Below are positions 12,250-23,519 of a stretch of 64,000 nt of DNA, piece after piece (within the stretch, counting starts at the first letter, position 1; every line of letters starts with the position of its first letter). The translations under genes were made by a program, and so were the position numbers. The DNA is from Mobula hypostoma (Eukaryota): positions 24,554,001 through 24,618,000 of the forward strand of contig NC_086109.1 in NCBI RefSeq assembly GCF_963921235.1, written 5' to 3'. Under the pieces are notes generated by a model, which made no database searches, was not told the origin of the DNA, and worked only from the letters and a program-made list of their open reading frames with translations.

Positions 12250-13634
12250 AAGGGTGTCATTAAGATGGAACAGGTGCAGAAAAGGTACATGAAAATGTTA
12301 GTGGGACTGGAGCGTTGAATTATATGGAGAGACCGGAGGGGCTGGATAGGTTCTTTTCTGAAGCATAGGAAGTTGAAGAGTGACAATGCAGATCTATAGA
12401 AAATCATGAGGGGCAGAGATGATGTGGGGAGTCACAGTCTTTTTTTTTAGGATAGAGGAGTCTAAAATTAGGGGGCTCAGGTTTAAGGTGAAAAGGGAAA
12501 GATTGAAAACGGACCGAATGGGCAACCTTTTCACACAGAGGGCAGTGGGTGCATGAGGCAAGCTGCCAGAGGAAGTGGTTGAATTACAGTACTGAAAAGA
12601 TAAACACAGGAAATTCTGCAGGTGCTGGCAATCCAAAGCAACGTACCACAAATGCTGGCGAAACTCAGCAGGTCAGGCAGCATCTATGGAAATGAACAGT
12701 GAACATTTTGGCTAAGACCCTTCTTCACGACTGGAAAGGAAGAGGGATGACATCAGAATAAAAAGATGGAGGTTGGGGAAGGAGGATAGCAAGAAGTTGA
12801 TAGGTGAAGCCAGGTGGGTAGAACAGTCAAACGGCTAGAGATGAAGGAATCTGATAGGGCAAGAGAGTGGACCATAGGAGAAAGGGTGGAAGAGGGAGTG
12901 ATATCCAGGTGAGAAGAGGCAAGAGGCCAGAGTGGGGAATAGAAGATGGGAGAGGGAGCAAAACATTTTTTGCCAGAAGGAGAAATCGATGTTTATACCA
13001 TCAGGTTGGAGGTTACCTAAATGGAATATAAGGTGTTGCTCTTCCACCCTGAGGGTGGCCTTATCGTGGCACAAGAGGAGGCCATGGACCGACATTTCAA
13101 AACAAGAATGGGATTCACAATTATAACATTGGGCCACCAGGGAGTTACACTTTTGGGAGATAGGGTGGAGGTGCTCGATGAAGCCGTCCCTCAATTTACG
13201 ATGGGGCTCACCAATGTAGAAGAGGCTGCATCGGGAGCACTAGACACAATAGATGACCCCAGCAGATTCACAGGTGAAGTGTTGCCTCACCTAGAAGGAC
13301 TATCTGGGGCCCTGAATGAAGATAAGGGAGGTGTAGCGCTTTGGTCACTTGCAGGGATAGGTACCGAGGGGGACATTACTGGGGAGGGATGAATGGACAA
13401 GGAAATCATGGAGAAAGTGATTGCTGCTGAAAGCAGAGATTCGGGGAAGGTAGAGATGTGTTTACTGGTGAGATATCTTTGGAGATGGCAGAAGTTGTGG
13501 AAAATGATGTGTTGGATGTGAAGGCTCATGAGGTGGTATGCAAGGACAAGAGGAACTCTATCATTGTTGAAGTGGTGGGAAGATGCAGTGGGATGGCAGG
13601 AAATGCTTAAAAGATATTTAGACAGGTACGTGGA
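12250..13634 (+). mobile_element. CR1 3' fragment interrupted by a Penelope-like element
   Basis: CR1 motifs ttttcacacagagggcagtgg...ctgccagaggaagtgg at 12528-12580 resume as aaaagatatttagacaggtac at 13609-13629. Confidence 0.6.
12603..13605 (-). mobile_element. Penelope-like element (Neptune-type), 5'-truncated: linker, GIY-YIG and 3' end
   Basis: ORF 12835-13194 (FIEHL...MSVHGLL...RVEEQHLIFHLGNLQPDGINIDF). Probable 11-bp TSD ctgaaaagata/cttaaaagata (12592-12602, 13606-13616). Confidence 0.85.
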
Positions 13635-14160
13635 TAATTCAACTTCCCATTCCTATTCTGACATGTCAGTCCATGGACTCCTCTACCGACAGGATTAGGC
13701 CACACTCAGGTTGGAGAAGCAGCACATTATATTCCGTTTGGGTAGACTCCAACTTGATGGCATGAACATTGATTTCTTGAACTTTCGCTAATTGCTCCCC
13801 CCTTCAACACTCCTCATTCCAGTTTCCCTCTTACTTTTTCTGCTTAGCTGCCCACTACCTCCCTCAGATGCTCCTCCCCCTTCCTTTTTTTATGGTCTTC
13901 TGTCCTCTCATATCAGATTCTCCCTTCTCTAGCCCTGTGACCAATCAACTTCCCAGCTCTTTATTTCACTCGCTCCCCCATCCCTGTTTCACCTATCACC
14001 TGCCACCTTGTACTTCTTCCTCCCCTCCCCATACCTTCTTATTCTGACTTGTTCCCTTCCTTTCCAATCTTGATGAAGGGCGTCAGCCTGAAACATGGAC
14101 TGTTTCCTCTTTCCCACGGATGCTACCTGGTCTGCTGAGTCCCTCCAGCATTTTGTACGA
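13635..14160 (+). mobile_element. Penelope-like pLTR-sized fragment with a decayed hammerhead motif
   Basis: Homologous to 18382-18927; ribozyme remnant ttgatgaagggcgtcagcctgaaacatggac at ~14070-14100. Confidence 0.8.
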
Positions 14161-14189
14161 TTATTGACATTGGAGGAAGGAACCCAGAG

Positions 14190-16370
14190 GTTCATGAGTC
14201 AGTCCTTACTGGGAGATCGAAAGTGGAGAGGATCAGCAACCTTAACTTCGTCTGTGTTATCATTTCAGCTGACCTGTCCTGGACATGTAAGTGCCATTAC
14301 AAAGAAAACGTGGCAGTGCCTCTACTTTCTTAGAAGTTTGTGAAGGTTTGGCATTTCATCTAAAACTTTGACAAACATCGATAAATGTGCAGTGGAGAGT
14401 ATATTGACTGGTTGCATCATGGTCTGGTATGGAAACACCAAGTCAGTTGAACGGGAAAGCCAACAAAGAGTAATGGATCCAGCCCAGCCCATCACAGGTA
14501 AAACCCTCCCCACCAATGAGTACTTCTACATGGAGTACTTTTGCAGGAAAGCATCATTCATCATGAAGGACATTCACCATGCTCGCTTCTCACTGCTGCC
14601 ATCAGGAAGGAAGTATAGGAGAATCAGGGCCCACACCGCCAGGCTCAGGAACAGTTAACACCCCTCAACCATCAGACTCTTGAACAGAGGAGATAACTTC
14701 ATTCAGCTTTACTCACCCCAATATTGAACTGCTCCCACAACCCATGGACTCACTTTCAAGGATTCCTCATCTCATTTTCTTGATTTTTATTGCTTATTTA
14801 TTATTATTTTTATTTATTTTTTTCTCAGCTCAAGCTGGTAAAACCTGAGATATGGGCACAGCCAAGCACGCTCATTTCTCAATTGCTAGGAACTTTCGAA
14901 CTATCCTGGTGGTGTTCAGTATTGTAGCTTTCTGAAGATTCACACACTGTAGATATTACTGTGTAGCCCTAATCGTTTAAAGCCATTGTGTAGCACCCTT
15001 GGGATTACACCAGTTGTAGATATTACTATCGGGACAATGTGTACCCAGTTCCTGTTCCACAGTCTTTCAATTTCCTCATTTAATTCAGCATATTTCTGGT
15101 GTTTTTCACTTATCGATTTCTGTAAGTTATGTGTGTATGGAATGGCTATAACTATTTAATAAGTTATTCTTGTTTGTTTATCCTGTATTATTATATCTGG
15201 ACAGTTATTATGGATTGTCCTATCTGTAATAACCGCTCAGTCATAATATAATCTGTGGTATTCTGACTCTAAAACTGGATCAATCTTATATTTATAGTAA
15301 TGTATGATTTCTTTTATGAGTTTGTATTTTAAAGCAAAGTTTTGATGAATGATGTTTGCCACTCGATTGAGCATGTGCAAGTAATCAGATTGAGTTAAAC
15401 TGCTACAGGATCCTGTCATATGTTGGTTTGTTTCTGACTTTTCTTGACATTTTCTACATTTATCATCTTGAATTTGTTGGTCTTTTATTATGTATTTTTG
15501 ATATATTTTTCCATTAACCACTTGGTCCTGTATTGCCATGAGGAACCCTTCTGTTTCTGGGATGAGTTCACCAAATCTGAGCCAGGCGTTTATGCTTCCT
15601 TGTCAACATCCTACCTGCTCAGATCGCATCGTCCATAGAGGGTCATGCTCTTCCATTGGTTAACTTTTTCCTTAGTAGTGATAATATCTTCAGTTTTCTG
15701 GGTTGTGCTCTCATTTAAGTTTAGTGATGCATACTTCTTATCAGAATTTCATATGCTTGTGTGGAGTACTGATTCCTGTGTTTGTTGATGAAAATATATC
15801 CTTAGAAGTTGTCTATTATTCCTCTTTCCCCTGCTGTTCTAGGTAGGGTTAACCTAAGCACATTTGAATGTACATAATGTTTTCTGAAATTTATCATTTC
15901 AGTTCTTATTTTTCTTTGTAAATTTTCCAGATTGGTTTAAGACCAATATATTATGCCAAAATAATACGGTAATATAGGTATAGTGAAAGTATTTATTGCC
16001 TTTGTTGTATTTTTACTATAGAGCTCTGTTTGGCAGATTTTCTTAAGCTTTGAAGTAAATTCTGTCAAAAGCTTTTCCTTTATTGCACTATCATTTGTTT
16101 TCTTTCCTTGTTGATATCCCAGATCCCAGTATGTTTCATGTTCATCTGTCGGTTTTATTGTATCCTGCTACTCTGTTTTGTATTCTATTAGCTCAATTGC
16201 ACCTTTCTTCATGTTTAATGTTCTGCATTTATCCAATCCAAAGTTCAAAATGAAAAATGTGTTAATATTATTTGTTAGTTTCTTTATATTTACTGTGAAT
16301 GCCCATAAGAAAATGATTGTTAGCGTTGCACTGGTGTTAAATATGTACTTTGATAATAAGTTTACTTAGA
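14190..16370 (+). mobile_element. Rex1/Babar LINE 3' part, split in its 3' UTR by an R4/Dong element
   Basis: ORF 14368-14658 (AVESILTGCIMVWYGN...RFSLLPSGRKYR...ARLRNS). The tail (tgtactttgataataagtttac) resumes after ~16255. Confidence 0.7.
14822..16250 (-). mobile_element. R4/Dong-clade non-LTR retrotransposon, 5'-truncated (RT C-terminus, CCHC knuckle, restriction-like endonuclease)
   Basis: Manual and ORF-track translation gives FGLDKC (RT), AIQDQV...KCRKC...ETNQHMTGSC, then TDRTIHNNCPDIII...EKHQKYAEL...IVPIVISTTG (RLE). Very AT-rich, with internal stops. Confidence 0.8.
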
Positions 16371-16374
16371 TCTT

Positions 16375-16670
16375 TAGGAACAGGCACTGTGCCCCATTAA
16401 GTCTGCAGTTACCATCAAGCACCCAGTTCTACACTTGTCTTACCCCAACCCATTTTACTCTCCCTGCATTCCCATCAACTCTATTCCCAAGATTCTACCA
16501 TTCTTCTACAGATGCGGGTAATTTACAGGGGTGGTAATGAACTTACTAAAGTATACATTTTTGGAATGTGAGAGGAGAGTATCCAGAAGAAATTTTAAGA
16601 ATTACAGGAAAAATGTGCAAACTTTTCACAGAAAACGGTGGAGGTCAGGTTTGATCCTCAGTGACTTGAT
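16375..16670 (-). mobile_element. Decayed V-SINE
   Basis: Reverse-complement V core (ttggaatgtgagagg...tgtgcaaact); similar to 58420-58790. Confidence 0.5.
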
Positions 16671-17611
16671 CAGGGATTTTTTTTTTGCATTTTGAATTTT
16701 TTTTTCTAGCTGATACTGGTTCGGGACATCACTGACAATCAAAACATTAACACCATTCCTAATTGCTCATGAATTGATGGTAGAAGGCCACATTCTTGAA
16801 AGTTTGAACTTCATCTGGTGAAGATCATCGCAAAGTGTTGATCCAAAAACCATATAGGAAATAATGGCATGCAGTTCCAAATCAGCATAGTGTGTGACCT
16901 GGAGGGATACATATACTGTAAGTCTTGGGGTCTACATTTACTTGTACACATCGTACACCATTCTTGTATGTTGTATAGGGAGAGAGAAACATAGAAACAT
17001 AGAAGATAGATGCAGGAGTACGCCATTCGGCCCTTCGAGCCTGCACCGCCATTCAGTATGATCATGGCTGATCATCCAACTCAGAACCCTGCACCAGCCT
17101 TCCCTCCAGACCCCCTGATCCCTTTAGCCACAAGGGCCATATCTAACTCCCTCTTAAATATAGCCAATGAACTGGCCTCAACTATTTCCTGTGGCAGAGA
17201 ATTCCACAGATTCACCACACTCTGTGTGAAGAAGTTTTTCCTCATCTCGGTCCTAAAAGGCTTCCCCTTTTTCCTCAAACTGTGACCCCTCATTCTGGAC
17301 TTCCCCAACATCGGGAACAATCTTCCTGCATCTAGCCTGTCCAATCCCTTTAGGATTTTATACATTTCAATCAGATCCCCCCTCAATCTTCTAAATTCCA
17401 ATGAGTATAAGCCTAGTTCATCCAGTCTTTCATCATATGAAAGTCCTGCCATCCCAGGAATCAATCTGGTGAACCTTCTTTGTACTCCCTCTATGGCAAG
17501 GATGTCTTTCCTCAGATTAGGGGACCAAAACTGCACACAATACTCCAGGAAACACACATCAAAGTTGCTGGTGAACGCAGCAGGCCAGGGAGCATCTATA
17601 GGAAGAGGCGC

Positions 17612-17647
17612 AGTCGACGTTTCAGGCCGAGACCCTTCGTCAGGACT
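17612..17647 (-). ncRNA. Minimal type I hammerhead ribozyme motif
   Basis: Minus strand reads AGUC CUGACGA AGGGUCUCGGCCU GAA ACGU C GACU, an exact inverted copy of 18831-18866. Confidence 0.8.
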
Positions 17648-18089
17648 AACTGAAGGAAGAGTGAGTAAGGGATTTGAAAGCTGGAGGGGGAGGGGGAGAT
17701 GCAAAATGATGGGAGAAGACAGGAGGGGGAGGGATAGAGCCGAGAGCTGGACAGGTGATAGGCAAAAGGGGATACGAGAGGATCATGGGACAGGAGGTCC
17801 GGGAAGAAAGACGGGGGGGGGTGACCCAGAGGATGGGCAAGAGGTATATTCAGAGGGACAGAGGGAGAAAAAGGAGAGTGAGAGAAAGAATGTGTGCATA
17901 AAAATGAGTAACAGCTGGGGTACGAGGGGGAGGTGGGGCCTAGCGGAAGTTAGAGAAGTCAATGTTCATGCCATCAGGTTGGAGGCTACCCAGACGGAAT
18001 ATAAGGTGTTGTTCCTCCAACCTGAGTGTGGCTTCATCTTTACAGTAGAGGAGGCCGTGGATAGACATGTCAGAATGGGAATGGGATGT

Positions 18090-18538
18090 CCCCCCCATCC
18101 CTCCCCACTGATCTCCCTCCTGGCACTTATCCGTGTAAGCGGAACAAGTACTACACATGCCCTTACACTTCCTCCCTTACCACCATTCAGGGCCCCAAAC
18201 AGTCCTTCCAGGTGAGGCATCACTTCACCTGTGAGTCGACTGGGGTGATATACTGCGTCCGGTGCTCCTGATGTGGCCTTTTATATATTGGTGAGACCCG
18301 ACACAGACTGGGAGACCGCTTTGCTGAACATCTACGCTCTGTCCGCCAGAGAAAGCAGGATCTCCCAGTGACAACACATTTTAATTCCACATCCCATTCC
18401 CATTCTGACATGTCTATCCACGGCCTCCTCTACTGTAAAGATGAAGCCACACTCAGCTTGGAGGAACAACACCTTATATTCCGTCTGGGTAGCCTCCAAC
18501 CTGATGGCATGAACATTGACTTCTCTAACTTCCGCTAG
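18090..18538 (+). pseudogene. Penelope-like Cys-rich linker and GIY-YIG endonuclease, one internal stop
   Basis: One frame: PGTYPCKRNKYYTCPY...FTCESTGVIYCVRCS*CGLLYIGETRHRLGDRFAEH...EEQHLIFRLGSLQPDGMNIDFSNFR*. The TGA at 18269-18271 is a likely CGA CpG decay. Confidence 0.88.
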
Positions 18539-18830
18539 GCCCCACCTCCCCCTCGTACCCCAGCTGTTACTCATTTTTATGCACACATTCTTTCTCTCAC
18601 TCTCCTTTTTCTCCCTCTGTCCCTCTGAATATACCTCTTGCCCATCCTCTGGGTCACCACCCCCCGTCTTTCTTCCCAGACCTCCTGTCCCATGATCCTC
18701 TCGTATCCCCTTTTGCCTATCACCTGTCCAGCTCTCGGCTCTATCCCTCCCCCTCCTGTCTTCTCCTATCATTTTGCATCTCCCCCTCCCCCTCCAGCTT
18801 TCAAATCCCTTACCCACTCTTCCTTCAGTT

Positions 18831-18866
18831 AGTCCTGACGAAGGGTCTCGGCCTGAAACGTCGACT
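18831..18866 (+). ncRNA. Minimal type I hammerhead ribozyme motif
   Basis: Stem I AGUC/GACU, core CUGACGA (18835-18841), short stem II hairpin, GAAA (18855-18858), loopless palindromic stem III ACGU, GUC triplet with predicted cut after 18862. Confidence 0.8.
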
Positions 18867-20354
18867 GCGCCTCTTCCTATAGATGCTGCCTGGCCTGCTG
18901 CATTCACCAGCAACTTTGATGTGTGTTGCTTGAATTTCCAGCATCTGCAGAATTCCTGTTGTTTGCGTTTAAAAACAATACTCCAGGTGTGGTCTCACCA
19001 AGGCCTTGTACTACTGCAGTAGTACCTCCCTGCTCCTGTACTCGAATCCTCTTGCTATAAATGCCAGCATACCATTCGCCTTTTTCACTGCCTGCTGTAC
19101 CTGCATGCCCACTTTCAATGACTGGTGTATAATGACACCCAGGTCTCGTTGCACCTCCCCTTTTCCTAATCGGCCACCATTCAGATAATAATCTGTTTTC
19201 CTGTTTTTGCCACCAAAGTGGATAACTTCACATTTATCCACATTAAATTGCATCTGCCATGAATTTGCCCACTCACCTAACCTATCCAAGTCACCCTGCA
19301 TCCTCTTAGCATCCTCCTCACAGCTAACACTGCCGCCCAGCTTCGTGTCATCTGCAAACTTGGAGATGCTGCATTTAATTCCCTCATCCAAGTCATTAAT
19401 ATATATTGTAAACAACTGGGGTCCCAGCACTGAGCCTTGCGGTACCCCACTAGTCACTGCCTGCCATTCTGAAAAGGTCCCGTTTATTCCCACTCTTTAC
19501 TTCCTGTCTGCCAACCAATTCTCTATCCACACCAATACCTTATCCCCAATACCGTGTGCTTTAAGTTTGCACACTAATCTCCTGTGTGGGACCTTGTCAA
19601 AAGCCTTTTGAAAATCCAAATATACCACATCCACTGGTTCTCCCCTATCCACTCTACTAGTTACATCCTCAAAAAATTCTATGAGATTTGTCAGACATGA
19701 TTTTCCTTTCACAAATCCATGCTGACTTTGTCCGATGATATCACTGCTTTCCAAATGTGCTGTTATCACATCTTTGGTAACTGAGTCTAGCAGTTTCCCC
19801 ACCACCGATGTTAGGCTAACTGGTCTATAATTCCCTGGTTTCCCTCTCCCTCCTTTTTTAAAAAGTGGGGTTACATTAGCCACCCTCCAATCCTCAGGAA
19901 CTAGTCCGGAATCCAAAGAGTTTTGAAAAATTATCACTAATGCATCCACTATTTCTTAGGCTACTTCCTTAAGCACTCTGGGATGCAGACCATCTGGCCC
20001 TGGGGATTTATCTGCCTTTAATCCCTTCAATTTACCTAACACCACTTCCCTACTAACATGTATTTCCCTCAGTTCCTCTATCTCACTGGACCCTCTGTCC
20101 CCTACTATTTCCAGAAGATTATTTATGTCCTCCTTAGTGAAGACGGAACCAAAGTAATTATTCAATTGGTCTGCTACGTCCTTGCTCCCCATAATCAATT
20201 CACCGGTTTCTGTCTGTAGGGGACCTAAATTTGTCTTACCCAATCTTTTTCTTTTCACATATCTATAAAAGCTTTTACAGTCAGTTTTTATGTTCCCTGC
20301 CAGTTTTCTCTCATAATCTGCTGTTGGATGAAGCCAAATGATTGGAGCCATTGA

Positions 20355-20680
20355 TTGATTTGATAGCCAGGAACATTTTTCCAGGACTGAAATGGGTAAT
20401 ACAAGAGGGCATAGTTTTAATGTGATTTATTTATAGGGGAGATGTCAGACGTTATTTACATAGAACGTTGGGTGGATCCGTAGAGTGACCTGCCACGGTA
20501 GTGGTAGAGACAGATACGTTAAAGGCATTTAAGAAACTCTCAGATAGGGTATGAGTGACAGAAAAGTGGAGGGCTATGTAGGAGGGAATGGTTAGATTAA
20601 TCTTAAAGTAGGTTAATAGGTCGGCACAACATTATGAACCAAAGGGCCTGTACTGTGCCATAATGTTCTATGTTCTATGT
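20355..20680 (+). mobile_element. CR1 3' fragment
   Basis: acaagagggcatagttttaa...ggggagatgtcaga...gggcctgtactgtg...(tgttcta)n tail. Confidence 0.7.
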
Positions 20681-22089
20681 TAAACCTGGTGGATAAAATA
20701 TTAAAGCTATTCAAGAGAGGAGTTAGAATCCATGCCCTTACTCAGGGGGAGTTCTTATCCAACAAAAACAATCTTTAGAGCTCAAACAATATTTATAAAT
20801 AGGAATTGATATGTTCTGAATGTTAAGAATAAAGAGGTACCTGAAGTCATGGTGGGTGAATGGAGTTGACAAGGAGACGAACTGTGATCTTTTTGAACAT
20901 CAGAAGAGAGTTAATGAACAGATTGGCCTGCCGAGTTCAGATTCTTTTGAGACTTTTTGGTAATTGCTAAAATTTAGGGATCATCTAAGCAGTTGAGTAA
21001 AGTGACTGAACGATGACAGTGTCAGCTAGTGAACCTGAGGTAGTTGCTTCCACCTGCTGTTACTTATTGACCAAATTACCTTTCACATAGTCCATTCAAA
21101 CATGGAGGCAAAAGCAGCAGCGACAAATGGCATCCTATATTTATACAGCACCTTCAGTAAATACCCTGCGAGGCTTCAGACTGTTTATCTGTTAAAACAA
21201 ATGAGGACATAATTAAGACTGATGAGAGCTGGAAAGGGGGGTGGAAAAAACAGGAAGGAGCTTTGTACTGAGGCAGTTGATGTTATGGAGGGGTTGAAGG
21301 AGGTGGGCATAGGTTAGTGATGAATGTCACAGGATGGGTGGAGGGGGGGATGTTTACACAGGCAAGTGTCAAAGAAGAATTCAAATACAGCTCACAGAGG
21401 GCTAGTAGAGAGTAAAACAACATTGTGGGAGGTGTGGAAACAAATTAGAGGAAAATTTATTGAGAAGAGGAGCTGAAATGAAAACCAAAGGAAGGTGTAG
21501 GTGTTTTTAAGGAGCAATTAGAGATTTGTAGAGGAGTGCCAGATGTAAGTGCCATGGTTGTGCCTCGCCCAATATATTTCCGATTAGCCTTTTGGCAGGA
21601 AGTATGAAAGGGAAAGTATGTGGAATGAACAGGAAAATCTGATCGCAATCTGGCAACTCTTGGTCTGCTGACAAGCCCCTTGTTGAGGGAAAGGCGAGCT
21701 GCTTTCACAGGTACTTAAGTAAACAGCGGCTCCATGTCACACGTTACTGGTAAGTTAACTCGGCTCAGCTCCAGGATTTGGGCTGTCGAGTCAGCAGAAG
21801 TGTTCAGATTTCCTAACAGAAGGTCAGGTAATTGCCAAGAGAGACTAAATATTTGTAATGTGCCTGGATCCTGCATAGAAATTGATGTCCAAAAACAACC
21901 AACCACCACCTTAAAAAATATTAGGCAGTACAATAGAATATGTGATTCTGAGGCAAAAAAAAGCGTAATTTAAATATTTAAAATGTTGTTGTGCTGTTTG
22001 CAGCAGACCACCAAGCAAGGTATTATAATCCATTGAATGGTCTAAAGCAACAACTTTTCTTTTGTGCAAAGACTTTGGCATTGATTCAG

Positions 22090-23120
22090 GGGTATGACCT
22101 TTCATATTGTGCCAGGGTTGGGAGGGTTATGGAAATTGGAACAAGAGAATCTGCCACACAGATATATGGGTTAAGATGGAGCTATGGATATTGGAAAGGG
22201 ATTTTGGGATGCACTTAGATTCCAAGGTAGGGGTGTTAGAAATAGTGAAGCAGGCTGCAGGAGATATAGAGAAAGGGGTTTATGTGGGATACATGGGAGA
22301 CCTGAGATAGAAATGGGATGATTAAACTGAGGTAAGAACAGGACTCAGAGCTGGGGTAAGGAGAAGATAGGAGAAATGATACAAGAAAAGATCACAGGGT
22401 TTGGGATAGCAACGGAAAGGCCAGGTTAGAAATAGTAGGACTCAACGTTTGGGTTTGGGTGCGAGGCTCGAGATAGGAACATTGTTTGTGAGAGGGTCAA
22501 GGGGGGAGTTAGTGTAAGGACATTTCAGAGGGTTCGGAGTAGAGAGATTATAATAGTTCAGATAGGGAGAGAGTGGAAAAGTTAGAATAGAGGCATTGAG
22601 GAGAAGTGATTGGACAGTGCACAGAGAGCGCACAGCTTTTAGGATCGGGAGAGGACAGAAAGTATCGCAGTATGGACAAGGCAGTTTGAATGGAGATCGA
22701 TGGATGAATTGGGATAGAGAGAGAACATAATGTTTAGGATAGGGAGAGGAAAGGGGAGCTTGGGCAGGGACAGTGCATAGAGATTGGGACAGTTACAGGG
22801 TGATAGAGTTATGATAGGGACAAAAAATAAGGTTTGGGTTGGGGAAAAGACTGGTGAAAGGTCATAGATACTGTTTGGGATAAGGACAGGATGGTGGAAC
22901 TGGACTAAGGACAGACTTTAAGATAAGGACAAGAAAAGGAATTGGAACAATGTAAGGTGTAGAATATCAGTAAAGGACAGGATGGGAGGAATTGGGATAG
23001 TAATTGGGTATAAGAGTAGGAACCGAGACAAGGTGGGAAAACTAGCATAGTTACAGGCAGTGTGAGCTGGGATAAGGAAACACACAGCATTTAGGACAAG
23101 TTTGGAGATGTGGGAATGGA
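22090..23120 (+). repeat. Purine-rich, highly degenerate tandem array (TTGGGATAGGGAGAGG-like units)
   Basis: Recurrent ttgggata/taggatag/gggacag motifs and strong G+A strand bias over ~1 kb. Confidence 0.55.
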
Positions 23121-23139
23121 ATAATAAGACATAGGAGCA

Positions 23140-23480
23140 GAATTAGGCCATTTGGCCCACTGAATTTGCTCCACCATTCTATCATGACTGATTTATTATC
23201 CCTCTCAACCACATGTTCCTGCCTTCTCCCCATAATCTGTGATACCCTGATTAATCCAATATATGTCCAATATCAACACAGGCAAAAAGCAATCTGTTGG
23301 AAGAACTCAATGCACCAGGCAGCATCTGTGAAGGGATTTGTGTTAGCATCACACAGAAAATGCTGGGGTTTCTTAGCAGGCCAGACAGCATCTATGGACA
23401 AGAATAGACAGTCGATGTTTTGGACCGAGACCCATCTTTAGGACTTTGAGCATCTGTAATCACATGTGCCTCCAAATATC
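23140..23480 (-). mobile_element. CR1 3' tip followed by Penelope-like 3'-end fragments with a decayed hammerhead
   Basis: acataggagcagaattaggcc (CR1 end), then gcagcatctgtg/cagcatctatgg repeats and gtcgatgttttggaccgagacccatctttaggact. Confidence 0.55.
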
Positions 23481-23519
23481 AACTCATTTTAGTGTCTGCA
23501 AGTGAAAACCCCTTCGATG

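Larger units (their letters stand above)
17550..18974. mobile_element. Penelope-like element insertion with inverted pLTR (fold-back) and 13-bp TSD
   Basis: Arms 17551-18089 and 18389-18927 are reverse complements around a 299-bp spacer. TSD ACAATACTCCAGG at 17537-17549 and 18975-18987; removing the insert restores the CR1 sequence seen at ~50880-50925. Confidence 0.92.
16981..20319 (-). mobile_element. Young CR1/HER1 LINE copy A (RT to 3' tail), interrupted by a Penelope-like fold-back
   Basis: ORFs 19956-20351, 19497-19949 and 19011-19493 carry NYRPVSLTS, QHGF, LDFQKAFDKV, GVPQGSVLGP and KFADDTK; (TTTCTATG)n tail. Near-identical to 49570-51466. Confidence 0.95.

Noticed and set aside
12603..14160. 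Apparent single inverted Penelope fold-back
   Set aside because: The minus arm has its own probable TSD and host CR1 sequence lies between the arms, so two insertions are more likely.
17469..18913. Long ORFs 17469-18215 (+, 248 aa) and 18332-18913 (-, 193 aa) that look like a duplicated gene pair
   Set aside because: They are antisense readings of the two inverted Penelope arms; the meaningful frame is the GIY-YIG on the other strand.
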